Positions 36,254 through 45,828 are shown, numbered from the stretch's first letter. The stretch is DNA of 64,000 bases from Bacteroidetes bacterium 2013_40CM_41_45 (GCA_002215675.1 NGFH01000002.1:10452-74451), one strand, 5' to 3'. Notes: generated by a model from the sequence alone, not told the origin. Numbers and translations are program-made.

Positions 36254-36631
36254 ATGACAACCCCAGCCCAACTATTAGAGAACAGCTTACTGGTAATTTG
36301 GAATGACCGAAATGCAGACAGACGTTTGGAGGCAATGAAAAAGACATATGCACCAGACGTTCATTTTTATGAATTCAATAGTGGAGAACCGATAATCGGA
36401 CACACAGCAATTAATGAACTTATCTCAAAATTACAGAGCGAATGGGCACCTGAATCCAGGTTTGAATTAAACAAACCGTCCCAGGTTAATCACGCAATAC
36501 AGATTGCTTCCTGGAATCTTGGACCACAAGGAATGCAGCCAGTTGCAACCGGTATGGATGTGGCTGTCGTTGAAAATGATTTGATTAAATCATTTTATCT
36601 TTTTTTAGATGCTCCTGAAAAAAGCAAATGA
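36254..36631 (+). CDS. NTF2/SnoaL-like protein
   Basis: Start at the ATG at 36254 (MTTPAQLLENSLLVIWNDRN). About 125 aa with the SnoaL-like pattern. Confidence 0.6.
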   Translation: MTTPAQLLENSLLVIWNDRNADRRLEAMKKTYAPDVHFYEFNSGEPIIGHTAINELISKLQSEWAPESRFELNKPSQVNHAIQIASWNLGPQGMQPVATGMDVAVVENDLIKSFYLFLDAPEKSK

Positions 36632-36663
36632 TTATACAGACAAAAGACAAGACCGTGTCGCAA

Positions 36664-37296
36664 CTAATCAATAGATTTAACCAGGGACTTTTTTGCTGTC
36701 TTGTGCCTGATTCGGCTCAGTGTTTCGCGGGTAATACCAAAATAGGAAGCAATCATGTTCAGAGGTACCCTGGCAGCCAATGAAGGATGCTGCTGGACAA
36801 AATTCAAATACCTCTCTTCAAACGGAGTGCTGATGGAATCGTTAATACGATTTTGAAAAGCAATAAAACTGCGCTCAAGGATTGTATTCACCATATCACC
36901 GAAAGCCGGTATCTCCCTGCAAATGGCATCGAATTTTTGTTTGTCTATAAAAACTATTTCAGTGTCCTCAATAGCATCAATATTGAAACGTGACGGTTGA
37001 CCCGATAGCAAAGCCTCCCTATCACCTGCCCACCAGTTTTCCATTGCAAATGAAATCACATGCTCAAATCCCTTTTCGTCAACTGAGTAGGTCCTTAGCA
37101 ATCCCTTCGTCACAAACGCTTTATTGTTCCAATGATTGCCCTCCTGTAATAAATATTGTTTTTTGCGTAATTTTTTCACCACGCAACGGGAGCGGATATA
37201 CTCGTGCTGCTCTTCAGTGAGGGAAATTTTATTATCCAGATAAGCCTTGAATACTTCGTACACGGAGGCAAAATTATAAAATCTCCCGGTATTCAA
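36664..37296 (-). CDS. Crp/Fnr-family transcriptional regulator
   Basis: cNMP-binding-like beta-roll followed by the C-terminal HTH MIASYFGITRETLSRIRHK. Confidence 0.85.
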   Translation of the reverse strand: MNTGRFYNFASVYEVFKAYLDNKISLTEEQHEYIRSRCVVKKLRKKQYLLQEGNHWNNKAFVTKGLLRTYSVDEKGFEHVISFAMENWWAGDREALLSGQPSRFNIDAIEDTEIVFIDKQKFDAICREIPAFGDMVNTILERSFIAFQNRINDSISTPFEERYLNFVQQHPSLAARVPLNMIASYFGITRETLSRIRHKTAKKSLVKSID

Positions 37297-37366
37297 ATTG
37301 TCTGGTTGAAATGACGGGTGGCTTTAATAACTGCTTCCCTAAAAAATTAATAATAATAAAGGAATA

Positions 37367-37500
37367 GAAGCTGAACATTCTCGCTCTCTCCTGCCTGCCA
37401 TTGTTCTTGGCTCTCGCCTTGGCAGGCAGGCAACTGACCGTCCCGCTTTTCGCTCGCGGAGCTCGCTGCAATCGGGGCTAGTTGTGAGCGGTTGGGAGTC
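37367..37500 (-). repeat. Mosaic intergenic repeat, copy A (inverted, with a nested REP-like hairpin at 37390-37430)
   Basis: The reverse complement reads CCAACCGCTCACAACTAGCCCCGATTGCAGCGAGC..AGCGGGACGGTCAG ... AATGTTCAGCTTC, matching copy B at 40796-40888. Confidence 0.8.
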
Positions 37501-37611
37501 TCTCAACCATTTTCTTAAGACTATGCTAAGGTAAGAAAGGTTAATCTTTTGTTAGCATGATACTTATTGTATGTCTACTTATTGTATGCAATTTTGATAA
37601 ATTTGCCTTTT

Positions 37612-38682
37612 ATGCAGGCAAAAAAAAAATCTAATCTAAGAGCGGTTGACTTTTTCTGTTCTGCAGGAGGCATGACTGCAGGATTTCGTAAAGCCGGAAT
37701 AAAAGTTTTGGCGGGAATTGATATTGATCCTGCTTGTAAAGAAACTTATGAGAAAAATAATAAGGGATCAAAATTTATTCTTGCTGATATTTCACAACTT
37801 ACAGAAGAGCATATCGTTTCCGAACTTAATTTAAAGAAGAATGATGATGAGCTGATTTTCATCGGGTGCAGTCCTTGTCAGTATTACACCAACATGCAAA
37901 CCGAAAAAAAGAAATCAAAGAAGACAAAAATGTTACTGGTAGATTTTCAACGGTTCGTTGATCACTTTAAGCCGGGATATATTGTTATTGAGAACGTTCC
38001 TGGATTTGAAAGAAAAAAGGACAGCCCTTTGCAAAAGTTCAAAGAGTATTTAGATGAAAACGATTATATTTATGATGACGGTATTATAAATGCTTTGTAT
38101 TATAATGTTCCTCAAAAAAGAAGAAGATATTTATTGATAGCCACGCGGGTAAAAAATAAAATTGAATTACCGAAGCCGCAAAAAAATATTAAACATCTTA
38201 TTGTCAAGAATTATATAGGTAAAGAAAACGGATTTGAATCAATACGAGCCGGACATAAGGATGAAAGTGTTTTTATACATACTGCTGCGAAACTCGCTGA
38301 CATAAACTTGAAAAGAATTAAAGCTACTCCTAAAGATGGAGGGACACGATTATCTTGGAAAGATAATCCGGAACTTCAATTAACTTGTTACATAAAAAAA
38401 GATACCACTTTTCAAGATGTTTATGGAAGAATGTTTTGGGATCATCCTGCACCAACTCTAACCACAAAATTTTATAGTATATCCAACGGACGTTACGGAC
38501 ATCCTGAAGAAAACAGAGGCATATCCCTAAGAGAAGGAGCAATTCTTCAAACCTTTCCAAGGCGATATAAATTTATTTCAAAGCACCCCACAACTATTGC
38601 CCGGATGATAGGTAACGCTGTACCTCCAGAATTAGCCAAAAGAATAGGCAAAGCTATTATATCAGTTGAAGAAACCAATTAA
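37612..38682 (+). CDS. dcm: DNA (cytosine-5)-methyltransferase
   Basis: Motif I DFFCSAGG, motif IV GCSPCQ, motif VI ENVPG, motif VIII QKRRR and motif X GNAVPP. Confidence 0.92.
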   Translation: MQAKKKSNLRAVDFFCSAGGMTAGFRKAGIKVLAGIDIDPACKETYEKNNKGSKFILADISQLTEEHIVSELNLKKNDDELIFIGCSPCQYYTNMQTEKKKSKKTKMLLVDFQRFVDHFKPGYIVIENVPGFERKKDSPLQKFKEYLDENDYIYDDGIINALYYNVPQKRRRYLLIATRVKNKIELPKPQKNIKHLIVKNYIGKENGFESIRAGHKDESVFIHTAAKLADINLKRIKATPKDGGTRLSWKDNPELQLTCYIKKDTTFQDVYGRMFWDHPAPTLTTKFYSISNGRYGHPEENRGISLREGAILQTFPRRYKFISKHPTTIARMIGNAVPPELAKRIGKAIISVEETN

Positions 38683-40346
38683 TGCCTAGGAAAAATAAAC
38701 TTGATGGTGAAGGCAAACTCGTAATGAAGTTTGACCCTCAGACAATAGAGCATTTAGGTCTTAAAATGTATTCAAACATTTCCAAAGCTCTTGCTGAACT
38801 TGTTGCAAATGCTTATGATGCGGATGCAAAAAATGTTTACATTAATCTGTATGATGAAAGTAGCAATCAAAGAATTGAAGTGGCTGATGACGGAGAAGGA
38901 ATGACATTTGATGACATTAATGATCAATTTTTAAGAATAGGTAGAAATAGAAGAAGAGAAGGTTTTATTAAAAGCCCAAGTGGAAAAAGAAAAGCAACTG
39001 GAAAAAAAGGACTAGGCAAGTTGGCTTTTTTCGGTATCGGTAAAACCATTGTGATTGAAACAATAAGAAAAAATTCAGGCTGGCTTACCCATTTTACTTT
39101 GGATTGGAAAGCAATTTTAAGCACACACAGTAAAGACTATAATCCTAGCTATATAAAGACCAAGTGCGATAAAAAATTAAGGGGGACAACAGTTAAGGTT
39201 TTTAAACTTAATAGAAAACCGGATTTTGACAAAGAAGAATTAGCTATTGAGTTATCAAAACTTTTTAATTTCGTTCGGAATGATTTTAAAGTTTATATCA
39301 CCTTGAATAATGATAAACCATTTTTAATACATAACAAGTTAAAATACAAAAATCTTGATAAAGAATTTGAATGGAAGTTTCCAGCCGTCACCACAAGAAT
39401 AAAAGCAAAATATACTTTAAAGAAAAAAATTAAAGGAAAAATAATTTCTACAAAAAAACCTCTTAAACCAGGTTTAAGAGGTATATCTCTATTTGCAAAT
39501 GGTCGTTTAGTAAATGCACCAGAATTTTTTGGGGCATCTGAATCAAGTCATGGTTACTCATATTTTACCGGATGGCTTGACGTTGATTTTATTGATGACT
39601 TGAAAGAAGATGTTATAGCAACTGATAGGCAGACCCTGAACTGGAATTTTACCAGTACTTCAGCGTTAAGGGAATTCCTAAAAAAGTGTATGACCTTTTT
39701 AGAAAAAGATTGGCATGACAAAAGAAATGAAGCACGGCAAAAAAAAATTAAAAAAGTAACAAAAGTCGATTTAGTTCAATGGTATAAACATTTACCAAAA
39801 GAAGTTTTAGAATCCGTACAGCCAATTATCAATGCAGTATTGGGTAAATACAGTCTTCCGGAAGAAGACGGTACTACTTCAACGGTGGTACAAAAGCTAA
39901 ATATTCTCGTGCCAGAATATCCCTATTATCATTGGAGACATTTGCATCCTATAATTCAAGCAGCTGCAAAAGCTGACTATGAAAAGAAAGATTATTACGG
40001 GGCATTTATTGAAGCTGCAAAAAGATATATTACAACTACTCGAAAAAAATCTGGCAGCAGAAATTCTGACAGGGGAATGATGGGAGAAGTGTTTGGGTCC
40101 GGTAAACTATTGTTAGTGACTAAAAATTTCAAAAGACCCGATGGCACGGATTTTAATCAAGATACATACGATGATATTGAGGAAGGTCAAAAATTTCTTT
40201 CGATGGGAATTGTGGCTGGTGGAAGAAACCCCGTATCTCATGAAGAAATTAAGGACTTACGTGATTCAGGTCTATTTTCAGAAAAGGATTGTCTAGACGG
40301 ACTAAGTTTATTGTCACATTTGCTTAAAAGACTTGAAGGTGCTTAA
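38682..40346 (+). CDS. GHKL (Bergerat-fold) ATPase fused to a C-terminal HEPN-like domain with an Rx4H motif
   Basis: N-box ELVANAYDADA, G1 box ADDGEGM and G2 box GKKGLGKLAFFGIG. The C-terminus (AFIEAAKRYI ... GIVAGGRNPVSHEE) resembles the TIGR02391/Hypoth_Ymh family, with R515-x4-H520. The start overlaps the dcm stop (TAATG). Confidence 0.75.
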   Translation: MPRKNKLDGEGKLVMKFDPQTIEHLGLKMYSNISKALAELVANAYDADAKNVYINLYDESSNQRIEVADDGEGMTFDDINDQFLRIGRNRRREGFIKSPSGKRKATGKKGLGKLAFFGIGKTIVIETIRKNSGWLTHFTLDWKAILSTHSKDYNPSYIKTKCDKKLRGTTVKVFKLNRKPDFDKEELAIELSKLFNFVRNDFKVYITLNNDKPFLIHNKLKYKNLDKEFEWKFPAVTTRIKAKYTLKKKIKGKIISTKKPLKPGLRGISLFANGRLVNAPEFFGASESSHGYSYFTGWLDVDFIDDLKEDVIATDRQTLNWNFTSTSALREFLKKCMTFLEKDWHDKRNEARQKKIKKVTKVDLVQWYKHLPKEVLESVQPIINAVLGKYSLPEEDGTTSTVVQKLNILVPEYPYYHWRHLHPIIQAAAKADYEKKDYYGAFIEAAKRYITTTRKKSGSRNSDRGMMGEVFGSGKLLLVTKNFKRPDGTDFNQDTYDDIEEGQKFLSMGIVAGGRNPVSHEEIKDLRDSGLFSEKDCLDGLSLLSHLLKRLEGA

Positions 40347-40350
40347 ATTT

Positions 40351-40767
40351 TTAGGACACGTTACTTTTCAATAATGTAATTAGCTTTTGGTCGAAAGAAT
40401 TTCTTCTTATTTGACACTGCCAAATTTCAAGAACTTTTATTTTTTCCTTTTTTAGTCTCATTTTATTCAGCAAGTCAAGTTCCTTATTACGTTCAATTTT
40501 TTTTCTCCACCACGTTCTTCGCGTTTTCGGGAGTGCTGCATACTTACAATTCTTATGCCCATGCCAGAAACAACCGTGAACAAAGATTACTGTTTTGTAT
40601 TTCGGTAAAACAATATCCGGTTTGCCGGGGAGTTTTTTATCGTGCAGACGAAAACGATAACCTTTTGAATGCAGGAATTTTCTAACAAGAATTTCGGGCT
40701 TGGTATTCTTTCCCTTAATCCGGCTCATGTTGTATGAGCGCTGTGCTTTTGTATGTACATCTGCCAC
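40351..40767 (-). CDS. vsr: Very short patch repair endonuclease
   Basis: SRIKGKNTKPE, LPGKPDIVLPKYKTVIFVHGCFWHGH and later W..KI..N..RD elements typical of Vsr. Confidence 0.92.
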   Translation of the reverse strand: MADVHTKAQRSYNMSRIKGKNTKPEILVRKFLHSKGYRFRLHDKKLPGKPDIVLPKYKTVIFVHGCFWHGHKNCKYAALPKTRRTWWRKKIERNKELDLLNKMRLKKEKIKVLEIWQCQIRRNSFDQKLITLLKSNVS

Positions 40768-40795
40768 GGAGCAAATTTCTTAAAAAAGATTGAAA

Positions 40796-40888
40796 GAATT
40801 CCAACCGCTGACAGCTAGCCCCGATGGAACCAAGCGCAGCGAAGAGACAGCGGGACGGTAAAAAGTGAAAGCGAAAATGTTGGGCTTC
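40796..40888 (+). repeat. Mosaic intergenic repeat, copy B (shortest, uninterrupted unit)
   Basis: GAATTCCAACCGCTGACAGCTAGCCCCGATGGAACCAAGCGCAGCGAAGAGACAGCGGGACGGTAAAAAGTGAAAGCGAAAATGTTGGGCTTC. Confidence 0.8.
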
Positions 40889-40911
40889 AAAAAAAATTAT
40901 TACATCCCTGC

Positions 40912-41646
40912 CTACTTCTTTTTCGATGCTTCATTTAGTAACTGAAATTCCCATGCAATGTTGGAACCGATGCTACCCATATGTTCAGATAAAATCGGCA
41001 CAAGCGGACCTATGGTTTCAGTTCTTGCCCAGTCACGTTGCAGTTCAGCCTGAAACACATTGAAAGTGATGGGTACTACACCACCCATGACCATGCGTTG
41101 AATAGCCATTTCGTGAGCTTCCACGCTTACACCGGCAGACGCATCGGTCACAACATAGACCTCATACCCTTCACCGGCAGCTTGCAAAGCAGGCATGGCT
41201 ACACATACTTCTGTCCAAAGACCGGCTATGATAATTTTTTTCCTGCCAGTCTTTTTTACCCAGTCAACGACTCTTTTATCTTCCCATGCATTAATTGCCG
41301 TACGGTTGATGGGAGTTTGCTCCGGAAATAAATCGGTTAGCCCTTTAACCATGTAGCCTCCTCTATCCTCTACTACTGAAGTCAGCAACGTTGGCACTTT
41401 GAATACTTTGGCAGTTTTAGCCAACCCAATAACATTGTTCAAAACGTTTTGACTGTTAGTGCTTCCCAGGGTACCGAACTGGAATGGTTGGTGATCGATA
41501 AGTAAAAGAGCACAATTGTCCGGGGTGAGTAACGTTCCAAGACCATTGAACTTACCGGGACTTTGTGCCGTAGCTGTCGAAGCACCGATGAACATAATTG
41601 CACCTGCAAGGAGATGCCAAAATTTGCGAGTCAATAATACTTTCAT
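40912..41646 (-). CDS. Isochorismatase-family hydrolase (YcaC-like) with signal peptide
   Basis: ALLLIDHQ, INAWED and IIIAGLWTEVCV (catalytic Cys context). The N-terminal hydrophobic leader ends in ATAQ. Confidence 0.85.
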   Translation of the reverse strand: MKVLLTRKFWHLLAGAIMFIGASTATAQSPGKFNGLGTLLTPDNCALLLIDHQPFQFGTLGSTNSQNVLNNVIGLAKTAKVFKVPTLLTSVVEDRGGYMVKGLTDLFPEQTPINRTAINAWEDKRVVDWVKKTGRKKIIIAGLWTEVCVAMPALQAAGEGYEVYVVTDASAGVSVEAHEMAIQRMVMGGVVPITFNVFQAELQRDWARTETIGPLVPILSEHMGSIGSNIAWEFQLLNEASKKK

Positions 41647-41723
41647 TGTAATAATGTTTTAAGGTTAGACAGCAAATGTTTGAATAATCTTAAATTCAAA
41701 AATTGATATTAAACAAAAAAGAA

Positions 41724-41739
41724 ATTGATATATATCACG
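41724..41739. promoter_or_regulatory. CRP/FNR-type site ATTGA-N6-TCACG
   Basis: About 85 nt upstream of the isochorismatase start. Fits the nnTGA-N6-TCAnn pattern shared by four other sites in the window. Confidence 0.45.
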
Positions 41740-41800
41740 TGTTGTGTTTGCAGGATTTTAAATATTAAAGTGAAGAAGAGTATTATACAAACCGATATGC

Positions 41801-43246
41801 CTACACTCGTACTATAACTGCGATACTAATGGACCGTATGTCATGAGGCGTAGTGGGGTCTTGTTCCAGAAACGGACCTCGCTTAAAGTAGCTAACAATA
41901 CCTCTTAGACTTAAATGACTGCTATATGTGTATGAAGCCAGAATGTCTATGATGGAACCTACACTACGTTGATCGCTGCCAGGCGCCACCAAAAAAGACC
42001 CACCGGTTGCGTAGAGTCCATCTGCAACAGACTGTCTCCAAAATTTAAAATAATCTGCAGTGAGTTTTACTTTCTTAACAGGCTCAACTTCTATTTTACC
42101 ATGTATTAAAAACAAGTTTGCTGAACCCACATTATCTATATAGCCATAATAAATACCTCTGGGATAAATAGGATTAAAAGTGTTGAGGGCACTGTCGGTA
42201 AGATTGCGGTCTCCGCTGGACATTGCACTTTGAATAGACCAAGCCGGCTTCAGGAAAACATTATTGAATTGATATGTCAGTGTTTGTACTAATTTCCAGG
42301 CAAGTATTGGATAGCCGTTGAATTTGCCAAACTGTACGTCCACTTCTGTATGACCGCTCCACCGGAGTTTGAGAAAATCGAGCGCTGCACCGATGGTATG
42401 CCTGTCTTCAGTACCCAACCCTTGGGCAAACTTCACAGGGTTTCTATGCGTATAAAGATAACGGGCATCCAGCCGGTTGAAAAATTTGCGGGGGAATGTT
42501 TGTGTTATCCATGTACCTGCTATTTTCTGTGACTCATCAATCTTATCATCGAAAAATCCGGGATTGGTTTTCATCAGTTCCATCGCGAACAAATCAATTT
42601 TTGTGTTCTTGAATTCCGCAATGAACTTCATTCCGAAAAAAGATCTCCTCACGTTGATTTCCCTTATATCTAACAAAGAACCAACCCCATAATGAAGTGC
42701 TTGCTTTCCAATCCGAAAACTATAATGGCTTTTATTTTTTGAATAAAAGGAATATTCACCGAAGATTTGATCAAAGGCTAATTTATTGAGATCCTGAACC
42801 GGGCGTGCGCCTCCATTTCTTCCGGAGAGAAAGCTTGATTGCGCTTGTGCGAATACTCTGATATTTTTATTGTAACGGAAGTCAGCATGAACAATAGCCC
42901 TATGCAGGAAATATCCATCATTATCCTGCGGACCTCTTCCCCAGAGATAATTATCATAGACTTCATACATTTCCCGAAAGTATCCTCCCATGCTTATAAA
43001 TCCTTTACCACCCCTGATGGGTATATGATTAATCTTATCTGAAAAGTTTTTCTGCTCCCCAGGCTGATGCGCAGGCCAATACTCCTCGGCAGCATCCAAT
43101 AAATATCCTGTTTTTAAAGAGTCTTTGATCTGCGCCTGGATATTCTTATTAAAGAATAAGAAGGATACAAATAAAAATATAGTTATTCTTCTATAGAAAG
43201 TGCTTTGCATATCTGAACCTGCTTTTAGTACGCTAAACTGTATCAT
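41801..43246 (-). CDS. Outer-membrane beta-barrel protein (alginate-export-like porin?)
   Basis: Signal peptide, 481 aa, and an alternating aromatic/polar strand pattern throughout. The family call is tentative. Confidence 0.5.
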   Translation of the reverse strand: MIQFSVLKAGSDMQSTFYRRITIFLFVSFLFFNKNIQAQIKDSLKTGYLLDAAEEYWPAHQPGEQKNFSDKINHIPIRGGKGFISMGGYFREMYEVYDNYLWGRGPQDNDGYFLHRAIVHADFRYNKNIRVFAQAQSSFLSGRNGGARPVQDLNKLAFDQIFGEYSFYSKNKSHYSFRIGKQALHYGVGSLLDIREINVRRSFFGMKFIAEFKNTKIDLFAMELMKTNPGFFDDKIDESQKIAGTWITQTFPRKFFNRLDARYLYTHRNPVKFAQGLGTEDRHTIGAALDFLKLRWSGHTEVDVQFGKFNGYPILAWKLVQTLTYQFNNVFLKPAWSIQSAMSSGDRNLTDSALNTFNPIYPRGIYYGYIDNVGSANLFLIHGKIEVEPVKKVKLTADYFKFWRQSVADGLYATGGSFLVAPGSDQRSVGSIIDILASYTYSSHLSLRGIVSYFKRGPFLEQDPTTPHDIRSISIAVIVRV

Positions 43247-43283
43247 TCAAAGGCGGGAAGAAATGATTAAGAGCAAAAAAAAA

Positions 43284-43299
43284 TGTGACAATAATCACA
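43284..43299. promoter_or_regulatory. Perfect CRP-consensus palindrome TGTGA-N6-TCACA
   Basis: TGTGACAATAATCACA, centred about 45 nt upstream of the porin-like gene start. Confidence 0.55.
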
Positions 43300-43375
43300 A
43301 TTGAAATCTCATTATCGCTCTTGCCCTGGATTTAGAATGCTCAATAACGATAGCCTTGTTTTCCAATCTTTTGAT

Positions 43376-43945
43376 TTAATTCTTACCAATTTCAACATTT
43401 GCCCAAACTTCAACTTCGTTGCTAACCCCCGTAGGAATTGGGTCTTTTCCTAAACTGAAGCCGCTTCTGTTTAATTTACCCGTCACGGTAAATCCTGCAG
43501 TTTGTTTTTTAGTCATAGTAACAGCCCATCCATTTAAGGTTACATCAAACTCGATTGACTTCGATACTCCATGTATTGTAATGTTTCCTTTAAGCTTGTA
43601 TTTATTGTTTTTAACTTTTGTGAACGAAGTGCTTTTAAATACCAGTGCAGGAAATTTTTCTGCATCAAACCAATTGGGACTTTTTAAATCGTTGTCGCGC
43701 ATTTCTACATCAGTGTCAATAGATTTTACATCGGCAGTCATTTCAATCTGTGCATCGCTGAAATCTTCTTTTTCAGATTTCATGCTTACTTCAAATTGAT
43801 GGAAGACTCCTGCAATATGTGTAATGCCGTAATGCATTACACTGAAATGCAATTGTGAATGATGTTTATCTGTTGTCCATTTGGTTTGGGCAAATACTAT
43901 CGATGAAAGGAACAGCGAAGTGATTAGAACTAATTTGGTTTTCAT
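43376..43945 (-). CDS. YceI-family periplasmic protein
   Basis: Signal peptide. Motifs HSQLHFSV.H.G.....G.F, DTDVEMRDNDLKSPNWFDAEKFP and L.GNITIHGVSK, typical of YceI. Confidence 0.85.
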   Translation of the reverse strand: MKTKLVLITSLFLSSIVFAQTKWTTDKHHSQLHFSVMHYGITHIAGVFHQFEVSMKSEKEDFSDAQIEMTADVKSIDTDVEMRDNDLKSPNWFDAEKFPALVFKSTSFTKVKNNKYKLKGNITIHGVSKSIEFDVTLNGWAVTMTKKQTAGFTVTGKLNRSGFSLGKDPIPTGVSNEVEVWANVEIGKN

Positions 43946-44013
43946 TTTAATTTGGTTTTAATCGTTTGTAAAAAAATCATATATGTATAATGAATTATGG
44001 AATAAAATAGTTG

Positions 44014-45828
44014 TCACTTCGAATTATAATAACCGCCAAAATACTTTACAGGTGACCAGGCAGGAATCGTCTCGGATAATTTCGGAGACAGGTTGCTGTA
44101 TTCCTGGGTGCCAAATACAACCCTGCCATCAACGATCGTTAATACAGAAGTAACAGATTTTATTTCGTCATCAGGTATAGTAAGGAAGTCTTTATCAAGT
44201 AAAGCAAAATCTGCCAGGTACCCCGGAACGATCCTGCCATTCTCATCTTCCTGGTGCTCGAACCATGCGGGCCCGGATGTAAATAATTTTAGCGCTTCAT
44301 TCCTGGTCAAGCGGTTGTCTTTTGCCAATATTTCAGATCCGGATACAGACTTGCCGGTAATCATCCAGCTAATGCTTGTCCATGGGTTGAAAGAAGAGGC
44401 TCTGAATGCGTCCGTAGTCATAGCCAAAGGAATACCGCTCTCTACCAACAGTCGCAACCGTGGTGTTTGCAATGCTTTTTCCCGGCTATACGTTTTTATA
44501 AAACCATCTCCATGCAAGGCCATTTTACCGTCCAGGGCAATACCGCCACCTAATTTTTTTACTCTGGCAATATTTTCAGGAGTTATCGTTTCAGCATGTT
44601 CTATACTCCATCGCAAACCGTCCAGGGGTATCTTGCGATTTACACTTTCCAAAGCGTCCAGGAATGGCGTGATATTTTCGTTGTAACTAATATGCATACG
44701 GAAAGGGATTCTTCTCTTTACCAATTTGGTAATGTCTTCTTCAATGTATATACGCATCGAATCTTTGTTGACGACTATAGCCGGTTTATCGAAGTTTTCA
44801 TGATCATGCAGTACCAACCTAAGCATTTCACCGGTGCCTTCATATTCGTGACCATGCGCCATTATCGGATCAACATTTTCTCCCGGGCTGATGGGTGATC
44901 TTTTTGTTATAGCGTTGATCTCTGCATCTACCATAGTGGGAGCGCTGACATCGCCAAATTGAAGATCGATAAAAGGGAATCGTATGTTCAGCTGGTTTTC
45001 CTTTGCCAGAAAATCTATAGGAGTATGACCTTGTGCATAGCCGCTGGCAGCTGCTGCGTCAAGAGCTGTAGTGATACCAAATCGATTCAGTTCGTGGATT
45101 ACATTTGTGAGTGAATTCACCTGCTCATCAAAGGAAGCTTGAGGCACCATAAATTCCAGCCCAATAAACGTGAATGTATAGCTATGCACGATACCGGTGT
45201 AATGCCCTTCGTTGTCTTTTTCAAATTCAGTTCCCGGCATTCCCGGAAACCGGTCGGTTCCCACACCAAATGCCTTCATAGCCAACTCATTTAAAAAAGC
45301 CTGGTTATAGGCATACTGCACAATCAGCGGTCTGTCGGGAACAGCTTTTTTAAGCTCCTCCATGGTAGGGAACCGGTTCTCTTTAAATTGGTAAGGGGAC
45401 CAACCACCAATGACCTTTACCCACTGACCTTCGGGAGTTCGCTTCGCTTGCTCGCTCAGCATTTCTAATGCCCGCTGGAGTGTGGGCACCCCTTCCCACC
45501 TGACATTGTAATTGAAACTTCTTTCACTTAGTATATGGGTATGTGCATCATTTAATCCAGGAATCAAACGCCTTCCGTTTGCATCAATCAGCCGTGTATT
45601 GTTATCTTTTAGATTGAGTATCTCGGCATCGGTACCCACGGCATAAATTTTACCTCTTTTCACTGCTAGTGCAGACGCTTCCGGTTGTGCCAGGTTTTGT
45701 GTCGTGATTTTCGCATTAAACACAATCAGGTCTGCACCGATAAACTGGTTGTTAGATTGAGCTTTCATGGTAATAGCAAACGCAGTTGCAATAATTAAAA
45801 CGATTAGTTTTTTCATAATAGATTTCAT
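44014..45828 (-). CDS. Amidohydrolase-family (Amidohydro_3-like) metallo-hydrolase, secreted
   Basis: LIPGLNDAHTHI metal-binding motif and a signal peptide from the ATG at 45828 (MKSIMKKLIVLIIATAFA). C-terminal DFALLD motif. Confidence 0.85.
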   Translation of the reverse strand: MKSIMKKLIVLIIATAFAITMKAQSNNQFIGADLIVFNAKITTQNLAQPEASALAVKRGKIYAVGTDAEILNLKDNNTRLIDANGRRLIPGLNDAHTHILSERSFNYNVRWEGVPTLQRALEMLSEQAKRTPEGQWVKVIGGWSPYQFKENRFPTMEELKKAVPDRPLIVQYAYNQAFLNELAMKAFGVGTDRFPGMPGTEFEKDNEGHYTGIVHSYTFTFIGLEFMVPQASFDEQVNSLTNVIHELNRFGITTALDAAAASGYAQGHTPIDFLAKENQLNIRFPFIDLQFGDVSAPTMVDAEINAITKRSPISPGENVDPIMAHGHEYEGTGEMLRLVLHDHENFDKPAIVVNKDSMRIYIEEDITKLVKRRIPFRMHISYNENITPFLDALESVNRKIPLDGLRWSIEHAETITPENIARVKKLGGGIALDGKMALHGDGFIKTYSREKALQTPRLRLLVESGIPLAMTTDAFRASSFNPWTSISWMITGKSVSGSEILAKDNRLTRNEALKLFTSGPAWFEHQEDENGRIVPGYLADFALLDKDFLTIPDDEIKSVTSVLTIVDGRVVFGTQEYSNLSPKLSETIPAWSPVKYFGGYYNSK

